Notes: generated by a model not told the origin, from the sequence alone. Counted from the first letter of the stretch, positions 20,800 to 31,214 are shown. The stretch: DNA of 64,000 bases from Patescibacteria group bacterium (GCA_041660605.1 JBAZWB010000001.1:750503-814502), one strand, 5' to 3'. Program-made: numbers and translations.

Positions 20800-21384
20800 T
20801 TATTTTTTCAGCAATATGCCCTGGTCGCCTGGCTTGATTCCGGCGGCATTTGCTTCATCAGTATCAAGATGAAGCGCCAAGTCATCAACACCGGCGCGTG
20901 AACGCACGATGACTTTATTAAACACCAGTTTTCTCTCCCCTTCTATTCTCACGGCCACCTCCTGCAAATGCTTCAGGCCCCAGTCTTTGGCCAGCGAGGG
21001 TGTAATATGCAAATGGCGCTTGGCGACAATCACGCCAGTTTTCAATTCTACACTACCGGCTGGCCCAACCAGCGTCACGCTGTCATTAACACCGCCATTC
21101 TCTCCGGACAAAGCTAACATTGGCTTTATGCCCAAATAATAACAATCAGTGACAGACAGCTCAAACTGCGTTTTTTCCCGGTTTGGGCCGACGATTCTCA
21201 CCTCTTTAAATAAATTCTTAGGGCCAACCACCTTGAGAGCTTCTTTGGCGGCATACTGCCCGGGCTGCGATATTTTTTTCAGCGGCTGAAGCGCATAGCC
21301 TTTGCCAAAAAGTTTTTCCAGATCATTATTGCCCAGGTGAATGTGACGCGCGGAAATTTCAATGGGAATTTTAATATTAGCCAT
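20800..21384 (-). CDS. pduL: Phosphate acyltransferase PduL
   Basis: SARHIHL, SQPGQYAA, GP.R..TQ.ELS.TD, RHLH, HLDTDEANA. Confidence 0.92.
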   Translation of the reverse strand: MANIKIPIEISARHIHLGNNDLEKLFGKGYALQPLKKISQPGQYAAKEALKVVGPKNLFKEVRIVGPNREKTQFELSVTDCYYLGIKPMLALSGENGGVNDSVTLVGPAGSVELKTGVIVAKRHLHITPSLAKDWGLKHLQEVAVRIEGERKLVFNKVIVRSRAGVDDLALHLDTDEANAAGIKPGDQGILLKK

Positions 21385-21386
21385 AA

Positions 21387-22973
21387 TTAATACATTAATA
21401 AATTATGCCCGGTCATTTCTTCCGACGGCTCCAGCCCCATATATGCCAGAATAGTGACCGCCACATCAGATAAAATACCGGTTGGCTGCAGCATGCTCAG
21501 ATCATGGTCGACTATCATATCTTTATACAATGTCTGTCCTTTCCATTTGTTGGCTACGGCAATAAAAGGCACGGGGTTGACGCTGTGCTCCTTGTCCATT
21601 TCTCCTGTCTGGAGATTTGTCAGCTCCTCGGCATTGCCGTGATCAGCAGTCAGGAAGACAAGCCCGTCATGCTGCAGGACGGCTTTAACCACCTTGCCCA
21701 CCGCCTCGTCAACTGCTTCTATAGCTTTTATAGTCGGCTTGATTCTGCCTGAATGCCCGACCATGTCAGGATTGGGAAAATTTACCACGATAAAATCAAA
21801 TTTATTGCTTTTAATCTCTTTCAGCAGCTTTTCTGTAAGTTTAGACGAGCTCATCTCCGGCTTCAAATCATAAGAGGCTACCGCTGGTGACGGAATAATG
21901 ACATTCTCCTGTCCTTTATAAGGTTTTTCCTGGCCGCCGTTGAAGAAATAAGTCACGTGAGCGTATTTTTCCGTTTCTGAAATATGCAGCTGCTTCAGAC
22001 CGGCTTCTGAGATCACCCGGCACATGGGATATTCAATTTTCTCCGGAGGAAAGGCCACTTCCACGGGCAGATCGGCGTCGTATTGGGTCATGGTGACAAA
22101 AAACAAATTTTTTAGATACTTCCTTTTGAATTTATCGAAGCCCGGCAGAACAAAAGCTTTGGTCAGCTGACGCGCTCGGTCAGGCCGGAAATTAAAAAAG
22201 ATAATCGCGTCATTGTCTTCGATGACGGTAGTAGGCTTGCCGGCCTCTCCGATGACCGTCGGAATGAATTCCTCGTCATAAACTTCTTTTTCGTACGACT
22301 CATTAACGATTTTCAGGGGATCCTGGCCGTATTTCTCGGCGACTCCCTCAGCTATTGCCCGGTAGGCTTTTTCTTCGCGCTCCCAGCGGTTGTCCCGATC
22401 CATGGCATAATATCGTCCGCAGAGGGTGGCTATCTCACCGATTTTAAGTTCTTTTATTTTCCGCTGTACTTTTTTTATAAATTCAGCGCCGCTGTCTCGC
22501 GGTGCGTCCCGCCCGTCCAGAATCAAATGCAGCATGACTTTACTGATTTTTTCATTCTTGCATAATTCCATCAAAGCAAAAAGATGATCGGTTGAACTGT
22601 GCACGCCGCCCGGACCGATCATTCCCAGCAAATGCATGGTGGATTTGTTCTTCCTGACATGCGCTACGGCTTTAAGGAAGGCTTCATTGGTAAAAAATAC
22701 CCCTTCAGTTATCGCCTTGGAAATGCGCGGCAGATTCTGATATATTATCCGGCCGGCTCCAAGATTCAAATGTCCTACTTCTGAGTTTCCCATTTCACCC
22801 CAAGGCAGTCCGACTGCTTCACTGGAAGCCTGCAGAGACATAGTGGGAAAATTATCAACCAGCCAGTCAAGATTTGGCTTCTTGGCCTGACTGATCGGAT
22901 TGCTGGCCCCGGACGGTGAAATGCCCAGGCCATCTAATATTATTAGGACTGTTGGTTTATTTGGAATCGGCAT
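21387..22973 (-). CDS. gpmI: 2,3-BPG-independent phosphoglycerate mutase (copy 2)
   Basis: ILDG, GNSEVGH, DGRD, GRYYAMDRD, NFRPDR, ETEKYAHVT, NPDMVGH, ADHGN. Confidence 0.93.
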   Translation of the reverse strand: MPIPNKPTVLIILDGLGISPSGASNPISQAKKPNLDWLVDNFPTMSLQASSEAVGLPWGEMGNSEVGHLNLGAGRIIYQNLPRISKAITEGVFFTNEAFLKAVAHVRKNKSTMHLLGMIGPGGVHSSTDHLFALMELCKNEKISKVMLHLILDGRDAPRDSGAEFIKKVQRKIKELKIGEIATLCGRYYAMDRDNRWEREEKAYRAIAEGVAEKYGQDPLKIVNESYEKEVYDEEFIPTVIGEAGKPTTVIEDNDAIIFFNFRPDRARQLTKAFVLPGFDKFKRKYLKNLFFVTMTQYDADLPVEVAFPPEKIEYPMCRVISEAGLKQLHISETEKYAHVTYFFNGGQEKPYKGQENVIIPSPAVASYDLKPEMSSSKLTEKLLKEIKSNKFDFIVVNFPNPDMVGHSGRIKPTIKAIEAVDEAVGKVVKAVLQHDGLVFLTADHGNAEELTNLQTGEMDKEHSVNPVPFIAVANKWKGQTLYKDMIVDHDLSMLQPTGILSDVAVTILAYMGLEPSEEMTGHNLLMY

Positions 22974-24505
22974 AAAATTTTATTACCCATTTCCCTGGGT
23001 TTCTTTCGGCCCATCATGTGGATTATAGTGGGCGCAATATCTGAAAGGACGCCCTTTTTTACAGCTTCATCTCTGGAAATATGCTTATTAAATATTATAA
23101 AAGGTACCGGATTAGCGGAATGCGAAGTGTCCACCTGCCCTGTTTCCAGATCTATCATTTCTTCTATATTACCATGATCGGCGATGACAATCATAGTCCC
23201 GTCTTTTTTCCCTATAATATTTTGCAGGCGTCCGACGCAATAATCCACTTTCTGCACCGCCTTGATGCCGGCGGCCAAATCACCAGTATGGCCAATCATG
23301 TCAGGATTCGGATAATTTACCAGAATAAAATCATATTTATCCTGCTCAATGGACTTTACGATTATATCCGTCAGCTGATCAGCGCTCATTTCTGGCTTAT
23401 CCTTATATGAAGGTATAGTGGGCGATTTTACCATTATTCTGCTCTCTCCGGCTATAGTATGGTCATGACCGCCGTTTATAAAATATGTAACATGGGCGAA
23501 TTTTTCTGTTTCTGAAATATAGAGCTGCCTCAGTCCCTGCAAAGCGGCCGGCAGCGTGTCATGCAGCACCCGGGCCGGATATGCAGGTAAAACTCCAGGC
23601 AAATCCGGGCCAAAATCAGTCAGAGTAACCATTAAAAGATTTTTTAATACTTTGTCTCTTTTGAAACCAATAAAATCCGGCTGGACCAGGGCTTTGGTCA
23701 GTTCCCGCACCCGGTCTGAGCGCAGATTGAAAAAAATTACAGTATCATTATCACAGATTCGGCCATTGGCCTGGCCATCAGAATTTATTACAGTCGGCAT
23801 GATATATTCATCATTTTCATGCCGGTTGTAAGCCTGCAGAACCGCTTCCTGCGCGTCCCTGGCCTGGTGCCCTTTGCCCATGACCAGCGCTTCATAAGCC
23901 ATTTTCGTCCTGGCCCATTCTTTGATGCGATCCATGGCGTAGTACCTGCCGATTATCGTGCCAATTTTTTCACTATTTACCAAAATCTTTTTCAGCTTAT
24001 TCAACAGTTTGATGGCCAGAAACTGATAAGAATCGCGGCCATCCGTAAAAAGATGCAGGCAGACTTTGTGGACATTTTTCAATCTGGCAAAAGTCAGCAG
24101 GGCCAGCAAATGATCAGGGTCGGCATGCGCCGACTGCTGATCGGTTATCAGGCCCATCAAATGCAGAGTGGAATTATTTTTTTTAACGTGATGAATGGCC
24201 GCCAAAAAAGCCGGATTGCGGAAAAAAGTCCCTTCATTTATCGATCTGGAAATTATCACCGATTCCTGCTCAACTATACGTCCGGCTCCGATATTCAGGT
24301 GCCCGGCTTCGGAATTTCCATCCTGCCCCGGCGGCAATCCCACGTCCTTGCCTGAAGCCCCCAATAATGAATGCGGATAATTATCCATCAAAGTATCAAT
24401 CACCGGCGTATTGCCCAGGGCAACGGCATTGCCGCGGGTTTCCTTGGTAATGCCCCAACCGTCCAGAATTACCAAGACAAAAGGATTTGTTTTTTTCTTG
24501 TCCAT
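22943..24505 (-). CDS. gpmI: 2,3-BPG-independent phosphoglycerate mutase (copy 1)
   Basis: ILDGWG, GNSEAGH, DGRD, ETEKFAHVT, NPDMIGH, ADHGN. Confidence 0.92.
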   Translation of the reverse strand: MDKKKTNPFVLVILDGWGITKETRGNAVALGNTPVIDTLMDNYPHSLLGASGKDVGLPPGQDGNSEAGHLNIGAGRIVEQESVIISRSINEGTFFRNPAFLAAIHHVKKNNSTLHLMGLITDQQSAHADPDHLLALLTFARLKNVHKVCLHLFTDGRDSYQFLAIKLLNKLKKILVNSEKIGTIIGRYYAMDRIKEWARTKMAYEALVMGKGHQARDAQEAVLQAYNRHENDEYIMPTVINSDGQANGRICDNDTVIFFNLRSDRVRELTKALVQPDFIGFKRDKVLKNLLMVTLTDFGPDLPGVLPAYPARVLHDTLPAALQGLRQLYISETEKFAHVTYFINGGHDHTIAGESRIMVKSPTIPSYKDKPEMSADQLTDIIVKSIEQDKYDFILVNYPNPDMIGHTGDLAAGIKAVQKVDYCVGRLQNIIGKKDGTMIVIADHGNIEEMIDLETGQVDTSHSANPVPFIIFNKHISRDEAVKKGVLSDIAPTIIHMMGRKKPREMGNKILCRFQINQQS

Positions 24506-24508
24506 ACT

Positions 24509-25771
24509 TTAAATTTCTTCTTCAATGGCCATTAATCTGTTATATTTTTCCGTTCTTTCGCCGCGAGCCGGCCCAACCTTTATGTACTCGGCATTTACCG
24601 CTACTGCCAGATCGACCATGAAAGTGTCGTTAGTTTCCCCTCCTCCGCGATGGGAAATTACCTGCCAAAACTTATTTCTTCGCCCAAGCTGTATAGTTTT
24701 TATGGTTTCCGAGAGGGTGCCAATCTGATTTAGCTTTATCAAAACAGCATTAATGGCTTTGCATTCAATGGCTTTTTTAACGCGTTCGCTGTTAGTGACA
24801 GTCAGATCATCGCCGATGATCCTGGTCCGCCCGCCTAGCTCGGAAAATAAATTCGTCCAGCCCGCCCAGTCATCTTCGGCTAACCCGTCTTCTATGGAAA
24901 TGATCGGGTATTTACTCAGCCACTCATTATATAGGGCAATCATCTGATCGGAAGAAAGAGCGGCATTTTCTCTTTTCAATAAATATTTTTGCTCAGCTTT
25001 ATCATAGAATTCTGAAGACGCCGGATCCAGCGAAAGAGACACGTCGCGGCCGGGTTTGTAACCTGCCTGCTGAATGGCCTGCACCATCAATTTCAAAGGC
25101 TCTTCGTTGGTTTCAATGCCGGCCGGTGCAAAGGCTCCCTCATTGCCGACGTTGGTATTCAGGCCTTTTGTTTTTAAAACGCTTTTTAGGGCCTGATAGC
25201 ATTCCTCCCCCCAGCGTACTGCCTCACGAACGCTTTTGGTGCCGTTGACGCTGAATAAATATTCCTGGAAATCAGTGGAATCATCAGCATGCTTTCCGCC
25301 CTCCATCACTACCATCATCGGCCGCGGGAGCGAATAACCTTTGTATGGCAATTTGAACGCCTGGCGGATGAATTGGTAAAGAGGTATTTTTAGCGAAGCC
25401 GCGGCCGTGCGCGCAGCTGCCAAAGAAACGGAGAGGAGGCTATTGCCTCCCAGCTTGGCTTTATTCGGAGTACCGTCGAGCTTCAGCATTATTTGATCAA
25501 TTTTTTCTAATTCAAAAATGTTTCTACCGATAATCTTCGGCGCGATTATTTCATTGACAATCTTGCAGGCCCTGAGCATGCCTTGTCCGTTATAACGCTT
25601 CTTATCGCCGTCAAAAAGCACTGCCGCTTCATGAATGCCGGCCGAGGCTCCAAAAGGTACAGAGGCTTTTTCTTTGACGCCATTTTCCAGCTCAATCTGG
25701 CATTCTATGGAAGGCGTACCGCCGGAAGCCAAAATTTCACGGGCTTTTACATTTTTTATTTTCTCATTCAT
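24509..25771 (-). CDS. eno: Enolase
   Basis: VP.GAS.G..EA, DFQEY, EDGLAEDD, GDDL, KLNQIGT, SHR, R.EKYNRL. Confidence 0.95.
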   Translation of the reverse strand: MNEKIKNVKAREILASGGTPSIECQIELENGVKEKASVPFGASAGIHEAAVLFDGDKKRYNGQGMLRACKIVNEIIAPKIIGRNIFELEKIDQIMLKLDGTPNKAKLGGNSLLSVSLAAARTAAASLKIPLYQFIRQAFKLPYKGYSLPRPMMVVMEGGKHADDSTDFQEYLFSVNGTKSVREAVRWGEECYQALKSVLKTKGLNTNVGNEGAFAPAGIETNEEPLKLMVQAIQQAGYKPGRDVSLSLDPASSEFYDKAEQKYLLKRENAALSSDQMIALYNEWLSKYPIISIEDGLAEDDWAGWTNLFSELGGRTRIIGDDLTVTNSERVKKAIECKAINAVLIKLNQIGTLSETIKTIQLGRRNKFWQVISHRGGGETNDTFMVDLAVAVNAEYIKVGPARGERTEKYNRLMAIEEEI

Positions 25772-25774
25772 TTT

Positions 25775-26944
25775 TTAAATAATTAATGGTTCTAAGGCTG
25801 GCAGAGTGCCTTTTTCTATGAATTCCAGCATGGCACCGCCGCCGGTGGAGACAAAAGACATTTTCTTCTTAAAACCTGCAAGCTTAATGGCTTCAATGGT
25901 ATCGCCGCCGCCCACAATGCTCTCAGCGCCGCTGTCGGCCACTTCTTTGGCAACCTGCGATGTGCCCTGCGCAAAATTCTTCAGTTCAAAATAGCCCATC
26001 GGACCGCCCCAGACGATCGTTTTTGCCTGCTTGATTATTAAGCCGAATAATTTAATTGTATCCGGGCCGATATCCAGAATATATTCATTGTCGGTAACGC
26101 TGCCGACCGCACGGATGGATGTTATCGCCGTTGCATCAATTTTATTGGCAGTCACCACGTCCACTGGCAAATGTATTTGATTACTGGTCAGATCTAATTT
26201 TTTTACATTTTCCTCCATGCCCTCTTCAACCAAAGATTTACCGACTGAAACACCCTTGGCTTTTAATATGGTATTGGCCAGCGCTCCGCCGATCAGCACG
26301 TGGTCAGCCAGATGCATAAACTGATTTATGACATTTAACTTATCGGAAATCTTAGCGCCGCCGATAATTGCTATCAGGGGGCGCCTGGGATTGTCCAAGG
26401 CGCCGGATAGAACGCGCACCTCTTCCTGCAATCTGAAACCAGCGTAGGCAGGCAAAAACTTCGGTACCCCGGTCATGGAGGCGTGCCGGCGGTGGCAGTT
26501 GGCAAAAGCTTCATTGACGTATATTTCGGCCAAAGAAGCCAGCTGTTTGGCAAATGATTCATCGTCTGTCTCTTCTTCTGCGTGAAAACGCAGGTTTTCC
26601 AGTAAAATAACCTCTCCGGATTTCATTTTCGCAATGGCATTTTCCACCATTGGACCGACGCAATCATTTAGCTTCACAACTTTCTTTCCCAAATGTTTTT
26701 CCAGGCTCTCACCGACTTTATTCATGGAAAGTTTCGGTATCACTTTGCCTTTTGGCCGGCCGTTGTGCCCGCATAAAATCAGCTTGCCTCCTTTTCCCAG
26801 AATATATTTCAAGGTCTCCAGGCACTCTATAATTCTTTCGTCTTCCACAATATTTCCCTGCTCATCAAAAGGCACGTCAAAACCGCATCTAACCAGTGTT
26901 CGTTTATTTAGAAAATCTGTCCCTTTAATGGATCTCAGTTTCAT
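25775..26944 (-). CDS. pgk: Phosphoglycerate kinase
   Basis: H.GRP, LENLRF, GGAKISDK, DIGP, GGGDT, STGGGA. Confidence 0.95.
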   Translation of the reverse strand: MKLRSIKGTDFLNKRTLVRCGFDVPFDEQGNIVEDERIIECLETLKYILGKGGKLILCGHNGRPKGKVIPKLSMNKVGESLEKHLGKKVVKLNDCVGPMVENAIAKMKSGEVILLENLRFHAEEETDDESFAKQLASLAEIYVNEAFANCHRRHASMTGVPKFLPAYAGFRLQEEVRVLSGALDNPRRPLIAIIGGAKISDKLNVINQFMHLADHVLIGGALANTILKAKGVSVGKSLVEEGMEENVKKLDLTSNQIHLPVDVVTANKIDATAITSIRAVGSVTDNEYILDIGPDTIKLFGLIIKQAKTIVWGGPMGYFELKNFAQGTSQVAKEVADSGAESIVGGGDTIEAIKLAGFKKKMSFVSTGGGAMLEFIEKGTLPALEPLII

Positions 26945-26968
26945 AATTGTTATTTAACTTGTATAACT

Positions 26969-26997
26969 ATTATAGCACATTTTCTGAAAAAAATCAA
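26969..26997 (-). promoter_or_regulatory. sigma70 promoter of the pgk block
   Basis: TTGATT-17 nt-TATAAT with an extended TG. Confidence 0.65.
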
Positions 26998-27040
26998 TAT
27001 CACAAAACAACTGGTTTTGGCAGTTTGTCACTATTTAATT

Positions 27041-27298
27041 TTACTTTTCTCCTTCCACCACCGTTATGCTCAACTCCCGACCTTTCCCTTTTTTAATCAT
27101 TAATAAGGCATTTTCTGCCAAGGTATTCCTTTTAACCAATTCAAAATTAAACTGCAGATTTTCTGACGACAGCTCCTGGTTATGCTCAATTATTTTACCT
27201 AATTTAACGGTAATCCTGGTAATTTTTTTGAGCTTGTTTTTTTTGGCGATTTCCAACGCAGTTTTCACAATATCCTGCGCCGCAATTAAATCATGCAT
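27041..27298 (-). CDS. hypA: HypA-like nickel chaperone lacking the zinc-finger domain
   Basis: MHD N-terminus, GKI, L.FNF and C-terminal GREL.I; contains no cysteines. Confidence 0.75.
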   Translation of the reverse strand: MHDLIAAQDIVKTALEIAKKNKLKKITRITVKLGKIIEHNQELSSENLQFNFELVKRNTLAENALLMIKKGKGRELSITVVEGEK

Positions 27299-27332
27299 TA
27301 CAAATGAATAATTTAAAATTAATAATGTATAA

Positions 27333-27698
27333 TTAATGTTTTGAATTTTTGATAATGGTCGTTAAAATCTTTATTATCTCTTCAGACTTGCCTTTTAATA
27401 ATTCCTGGGATTTTTTTTGAATTTTATTACTAGAAAAAATAAAAATTAGCCAATTGTCAGTTTCGATTGTGGATTTTCTTGCTGTTTGTAAGTAATTAAT
27501 AAAGTCTCTTTTGGTGACAGCGCCGGATCCCTCGGCAATATTCCCGGCTATTGAAGTAACGGATCTGACTATTTGATTAATCAATACACGATTAATTGAA
27601 TCATATTTAATCTTTTTACACAGATCAAATATCATCAGACTCAAAGTAAATGATTTTTTCCAAATATCAAGATCGCGATATCTCTTAAAATCACTCAT
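27333..27698 (-). CDS. Four-helix-bundle protein (23S-IVP/Avd-like family)
   Basis: YRDLDIWKKS, QIVRSVTSIAGNIAEG, ARKSTIET..WL. Confidence 0.88.
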   Translation of the reverse strand: MSDFKRYRDLDIWKKSFTLSLMIFDLCKKIKYDSINRVLINQIVRSVTSIAGNIAEGSGAVTKRDFINYLQTARKSTIETDNWLIFIFSSNKIQKKSQELLKGKSEEIIKILTTIIKNSKH

Positions 27699-27725
27699 TT
27701 TACATTATTAATTAATAATTATACA

Positions 27726-28985
27726 TTAATGTGTGGCACAGGTCATGCACGGATCATATGCCCTGATCATCATGGCTAATTTTCTCTGATTGTTTTTATT
27801 TTCAATATTCTTCAATTCTCCGATGTAAGCGCGTAAATCCTCTTCCAAATTATTTATAAACTGGGCAGTCGGCGTAATGATATTTACATTCTTCAGTATT
27901 CCGTATTTATCAGTTTCATAATAGTGCAGCAAAATACCGCGGGGTGCTTCAATCGCCCCAACCCCCTGCCCGGCCCTGACAGCATATTTAACCATTGGAC
28001 GTTCGTGCTTCATGTTTAAATATTTTTTCAGCAGTTTTTGCGCTTCTTCCATAAAATGAATCATTTCAATCCCCTGGCAATAAACATTCAAGAATGAGTT
28101 GGTCAGCGGCATATTCAATTTAATGTGCTGAAACGCTTGTTTGGCAATAGGATTTAATTGCTTCCAATTATTATTAATCCGCGATAAGGCACCGACCCAG
28201 TAAGTCTGTCCATTAAATCTCGTTCTCTTCACATAATCATCGCCTGATTGTATTTCCTCTACTTTTTTTATAAAACTTTCCGGCGTGGTTTTCAATCCTT
28301 TTGTGGAAACAACCTGCCCGTCATAAAAACCATATTCACTTTTTGAATGGAGCGCGATATATTCAGTTGAACGGCTGAACTTGGGAAATTTTAAATGCGA
28401 AAAAAAGTGAGCTAGCTCCACCGCTGATTGTAGTACCTCGGTACTGTCATCCAGTAATTTTTTTAGCTCATGTTTGTCTGGAAGTTTCAGAAATCCGCCG
28501 ACTTGCGAATTAACCGGATGCAAAGCTCGGCCGCCGATTATTTTCGTGAACCGATTTCCAAACTCTCTGATTTTTAGGGCAATTACAGATTGTTTTGGCG
28601 CTAACTTTAATAAATCCAGAGCTGAATCCCTGCCATAAAAATCCGGTATGCTCATAAAATATGCGTGCACTCCGTGCGAAGTCAGCATCTGCCCGATCAT
28701 CATCAGCTTGCGCAATATCGTAGTGCCAGAGTCAACCTTAACCTTCATGGCTTTTTCCAAGGCCTGTATGGCTGTTAAATTATGGACTATCGGGCAAACT
28801 CCGCAGATCCTGGAAGTGACAAGCGGCGCGTCCATATAATTCCGGCCGACTAAAATGCCTTCCATCAGACGCGCGCCTTCCAGCGTGTGATAGCGCGCTT
28901 CAGCCATTTTACCGGTTTTCAGCGCTCCCCAGAATGTTGCGTGGCCTTCTATTCTTGTAACGTGTTTTATGATTACGGTTTTCAT
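27726..28985 (-). CDS. Group 3b [NiFe] hydrogenase large (alpha) subunit
   Basis: TRIEGH, L1 RICGVC, EAPRG, L2 DPCMTCATH-stop. Confidence 0.92.
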   Translation of the reverse strand: MKTVIIKHVTRIEGHATFWGALKTGKMAEARYHTLEGARLMEGILVGRNYMDAPLVTSRICGVCPIVHNLTAIQALEKAMKVKVDSGTTILRKLMMIGQMLTSHGVHAYFMSIPDFYGRDSALDLLKLAPKQSVIALKIREFGNRFTKIIGGRALHPVNSQVGGFLKLPDKHELKKLLDDSTEVLQSAVELAHFFSHLKFPKFSRSTEYIALHSKSEYGFYDGQVVSTKGLKTTPESFIKKVEEIQSGDDYVKRTRFNGQTYWVGALSRINNNWKQLNPIAKQAFQHIKLNMPLTNSFLNVYCQGIEMIHFMEEAQKLLKKYLNMKHERPMVKYAVRAGQGVGAIEAPRGILLHYYETDKYGILKNVNIITPTAQFINNLEEDLRAYIGELKNIENKNNQRKLAMMIRAYDPCMTCATH

Positions 28986-29953
28986 AATGCTTTAATTTTA
29001 TCAATAATTTTCTCGTCAATTTCTAACCACCCGCGTTTTCTATTACGCTGTTCTGTTTTATAAGCACGCTCACCAGGTATGAAAATTTCCCGCCTGCCTT
29101 TGAGTTTTTTGGCTGATTTAATATCCCCAATTAATTTTTTTACATCCCGATTAAATGCTTTTCTAGAAGAAAATATGGCAGGATTTATGACTATAAAGAG
29201 AAAACCACGTAATTTTTTCGTACTCTTGCCTACTTGAGTTCGTACTAATGGACCGGTTAATATTTCAATCGCCGCGGCTAAAATATACCCTTTATAACCC
29301 CCAAAAGGCAATAAAGCGACTAATTTATTTGGATCAGTCGTTGGTTGGCCGTGACTGTCAATTCCCCAGTCTTTATCAATTTTCTTACCAAAGGCGCGAG
29401 CCAGGCGTACATGCCAAAATGCACGTACCGAGGTTGCCATATCAACAACGAATGGAAAAGGTTTATAGGGGATTCCAATACCAATCGGATTAGTTGAAAG
29501 TATCGGCTCACACGCACCCGTTGGAGCTATTAATGGCCCACCACCATAATTAAAACACAAAGCGATCATGCCTTTTTGTGCTGCTTTTTCAGCCCAGGTA
29601 GCCGGACGTTGAAATGCGAATATGTTGCCACCACCAACTACATATACTCCAGATTGTTTAACTTTCTTAATCGCATGGTTAATGGCAAAATCAGCTACCA
29701 ACTGGCCGTAATCACAATTACCATCAAGGTAGGTGTAGGCTGGCTTGTCGACTGCTACTTTAAAATGGCCGCGCTTGATGGTTTTTCCTTTATTATAAGC
29801 ATCAGTAAACCCATAAATCCCGTGCGATTGTTTTCCTTTTAATTCACCGCGCATAAATTCATCAGCTACAATTCGTGCTTCCGGCGTTGTCAATGCGATT
29901 TTTTTCAGTTTATCTTCTAATAATTTTCTTAATATATTAATCTTTATTTTCAT
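28982..29953 (-). CDS. Ldh_2 family (type 2 malate/L-lactate) dehydrogenase
   Basis: G..SHG, TNPI, DMATS, LPFGGYKG, IPGE. Confidence 0.88.
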   Translation of the reverse strand: MKIKINILRKLLEDKLKKIALTTPEARIVADEFMRGELKGKQSHGIYGFTDAYNKGKTIKRGHFKVAVDKPAYTYLDGNCDYGQLVADFAINHAIKKVKQSGVYVVGGGNIFAFQRPATWAEKAAQKGMIALCFNYGGGPLIAPTGACEPILSTNPIGIGIPYKPFPFVVDMATSVRAFWHVRLARAFGKKIDKDWGIDSHGQPTTDPNKLVALLPFGGYKGYILAAAIEILTGPLVRTQVGKSTKKLRGFLFIVINPAIFSSRKAFNRDVKKLIGDIKSAKKLKGRREIFIPGERAYKTEQRNRKRGWLEIDEKIIDKIKAL

Positions 29954-29992
29954 AAAATTACCTGTTAAGCATTACTAATTGCGAAATTTAAA

Positions 29993-30787
29993 TTACTTTT
30001 TGTTTTGCGTATCCAATTCCCATTCTTCCTGAATGCCAAAAATCTGCATAATATGCTCCAGCTGCTTCTGGCTGATTAATTTCAATAATTTTTTCTCCAA
30101 CTGCTTAGTGGAATAGCCGGGAATAACGCCCCGGCAGCCTTTGCAGAAAAATTTCGAATTCAGGCAAACGGCGTTGCATCCGCCGCGTATGACCGGGCCC
30201 AGGCACGGCTCGCCCTTCTGTAAAACACATTCATTGCCGTTTAGCTGACATTCGTAGCAAACGGGATTTTCCATAAGTTTCGGAGCAATCCTCTGCCGGA
30301 TCATGTTCAAAGCCATGATTAAATCGCGACCATCAGGCGGACAGCCGGGGATAATGAAATCAACTGGTACAAATCTGCTGATCGGTAAAATATTAGGATT
30401 GAAAACCTTGTTATACGTTTTGGGGTACTGGTATTTAACGGCTTTTTTCTTATCGATGTAATTTTTAATGTTGGGAATCACGCCAAAATGCGCACAGGCG
30501 CCGATGCCGATTAAGTACTTTGCACGTTTACGGATCTCCTTAAGCGCTTGAATATTTTTTTTAGTCAAAGGTGCTCCTTCAATTATTGCCACATCATAAA
30601 AAGCCTTCTTGTCTTTTTCGTCCATAATAATGAAAAAATCACCCAACTCAAAATGGTCAATGGAAGCGATAAATTCCAGGCCCATATCCAGGATGGAAAC
30701 CGAGCAACCGTCGCAGGAAGTTAAACCGACGATGGCTACTTTTAGCTTTCTATCATTTTTATTATTATAATGTTTTTTTCTTGACAT
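29993..30787 (-). CDS. Group 3b hydrogenase small (delta) subunit
   Basis: TSCDGC, EG, GACA..G, PGCPP, VCYEC, CLGPV..GGC.A.C, C.GCRG. Confidence 0.92.
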   Translation of the reverse strand: MSRKKHYNNKNDRKLKVAIVGLTSCDGCSVSILDMGLEFIASIDHFELGDFFIIMDEKDKKAFYDVAIIEGAPLTKKNIQALKEIRKRAKYLIGIGACAHFGVIPNIKNYIDKKKAVKYQYPKTYNKVFNPNILPISRFVPVDFIIPGCPPDGRDLIMALNMIRQRIAPKLMENPVCYECQLNGNECVLQKGEPCLGPVIRGGCNAVCLNSKFFCKGCRGVIPGYSTKQLEKKLLKLISQKQLEHIMQIFGIQEEWELDTQNKK

Positions 30788-30794
30788 ACTATTA

Positions 30795-30910
30795 ATTTAA
30801 CAATTCATCAAATTCCAATTTGCAAACAATTATCAATTTTCTAATAATCAATTTATAAAAATATTAATTGATCATTGGAGTTTGTTTGGGATTTGGAAAT
30901 TGGTTATTGT
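30795..30910. repeat. Gene-less inverted array with ~7-nt periodicity
   Basis: Left arm CAATT/CAAAT-type units; right arm ATTG/TTTG-type units (CATTGGAGTTTGTTTGGGATTTGGAAATTGGTTATTG). Confidence 0.7.
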
Positions 30911-31119
30911 GAATTAAACTGCGACAGCAGTTTCAATGTTTCCTGCGCTTCTTTTTTGGTTAATTTATAAATCGCAAATTGATTTTCGTTCATCACGTAG
31001 TCCCCTGCCTTAACTTTGGGAACCAAACGAATGTCCAGCGTATGCGTCTTTTTTCCACAGGCCACGGTGGCTTGCTGGCCTTTGATCTTTATTATTTTAT
31101 GGGGAATAGCTAGGCACAT
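30904..31119 (-). CDS. hypC: HypC/HupF hydrogenase chaperone
   Basis: MCLAIP N-terminus, GDYV, EAQETL. Confidence 0.9.
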   Translation of the reverse strand: MCLAIPHKIIKIKGQQATVACGKKTHTLDIRLVPKVKAGDYVMNENQFAIYKLTKKEAQETLKLLSQFNSQ

Positions 31120-31121
31120 AT

Positions 31122-31214
31122 TTTAATGCATAATGCATAATTTAAAATTAATAATTATACATTTTAAATTATCACCCTTCGGGTGATCCGCCTTTGGCGG
31201 ATAAATTATTAATT
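31122..31214. repeat. AT-rich periodic repeat with two nested small palindromes
   Basis: Shares ATAATTTAAAATTAATAAT with 27308-27326 and ATTAATAATTATACATT with 27711-27727. Contains ATCACCCTTCGGGTGAT and ATCCGCCTTTGGCGGAT. Confidence 0.7.
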
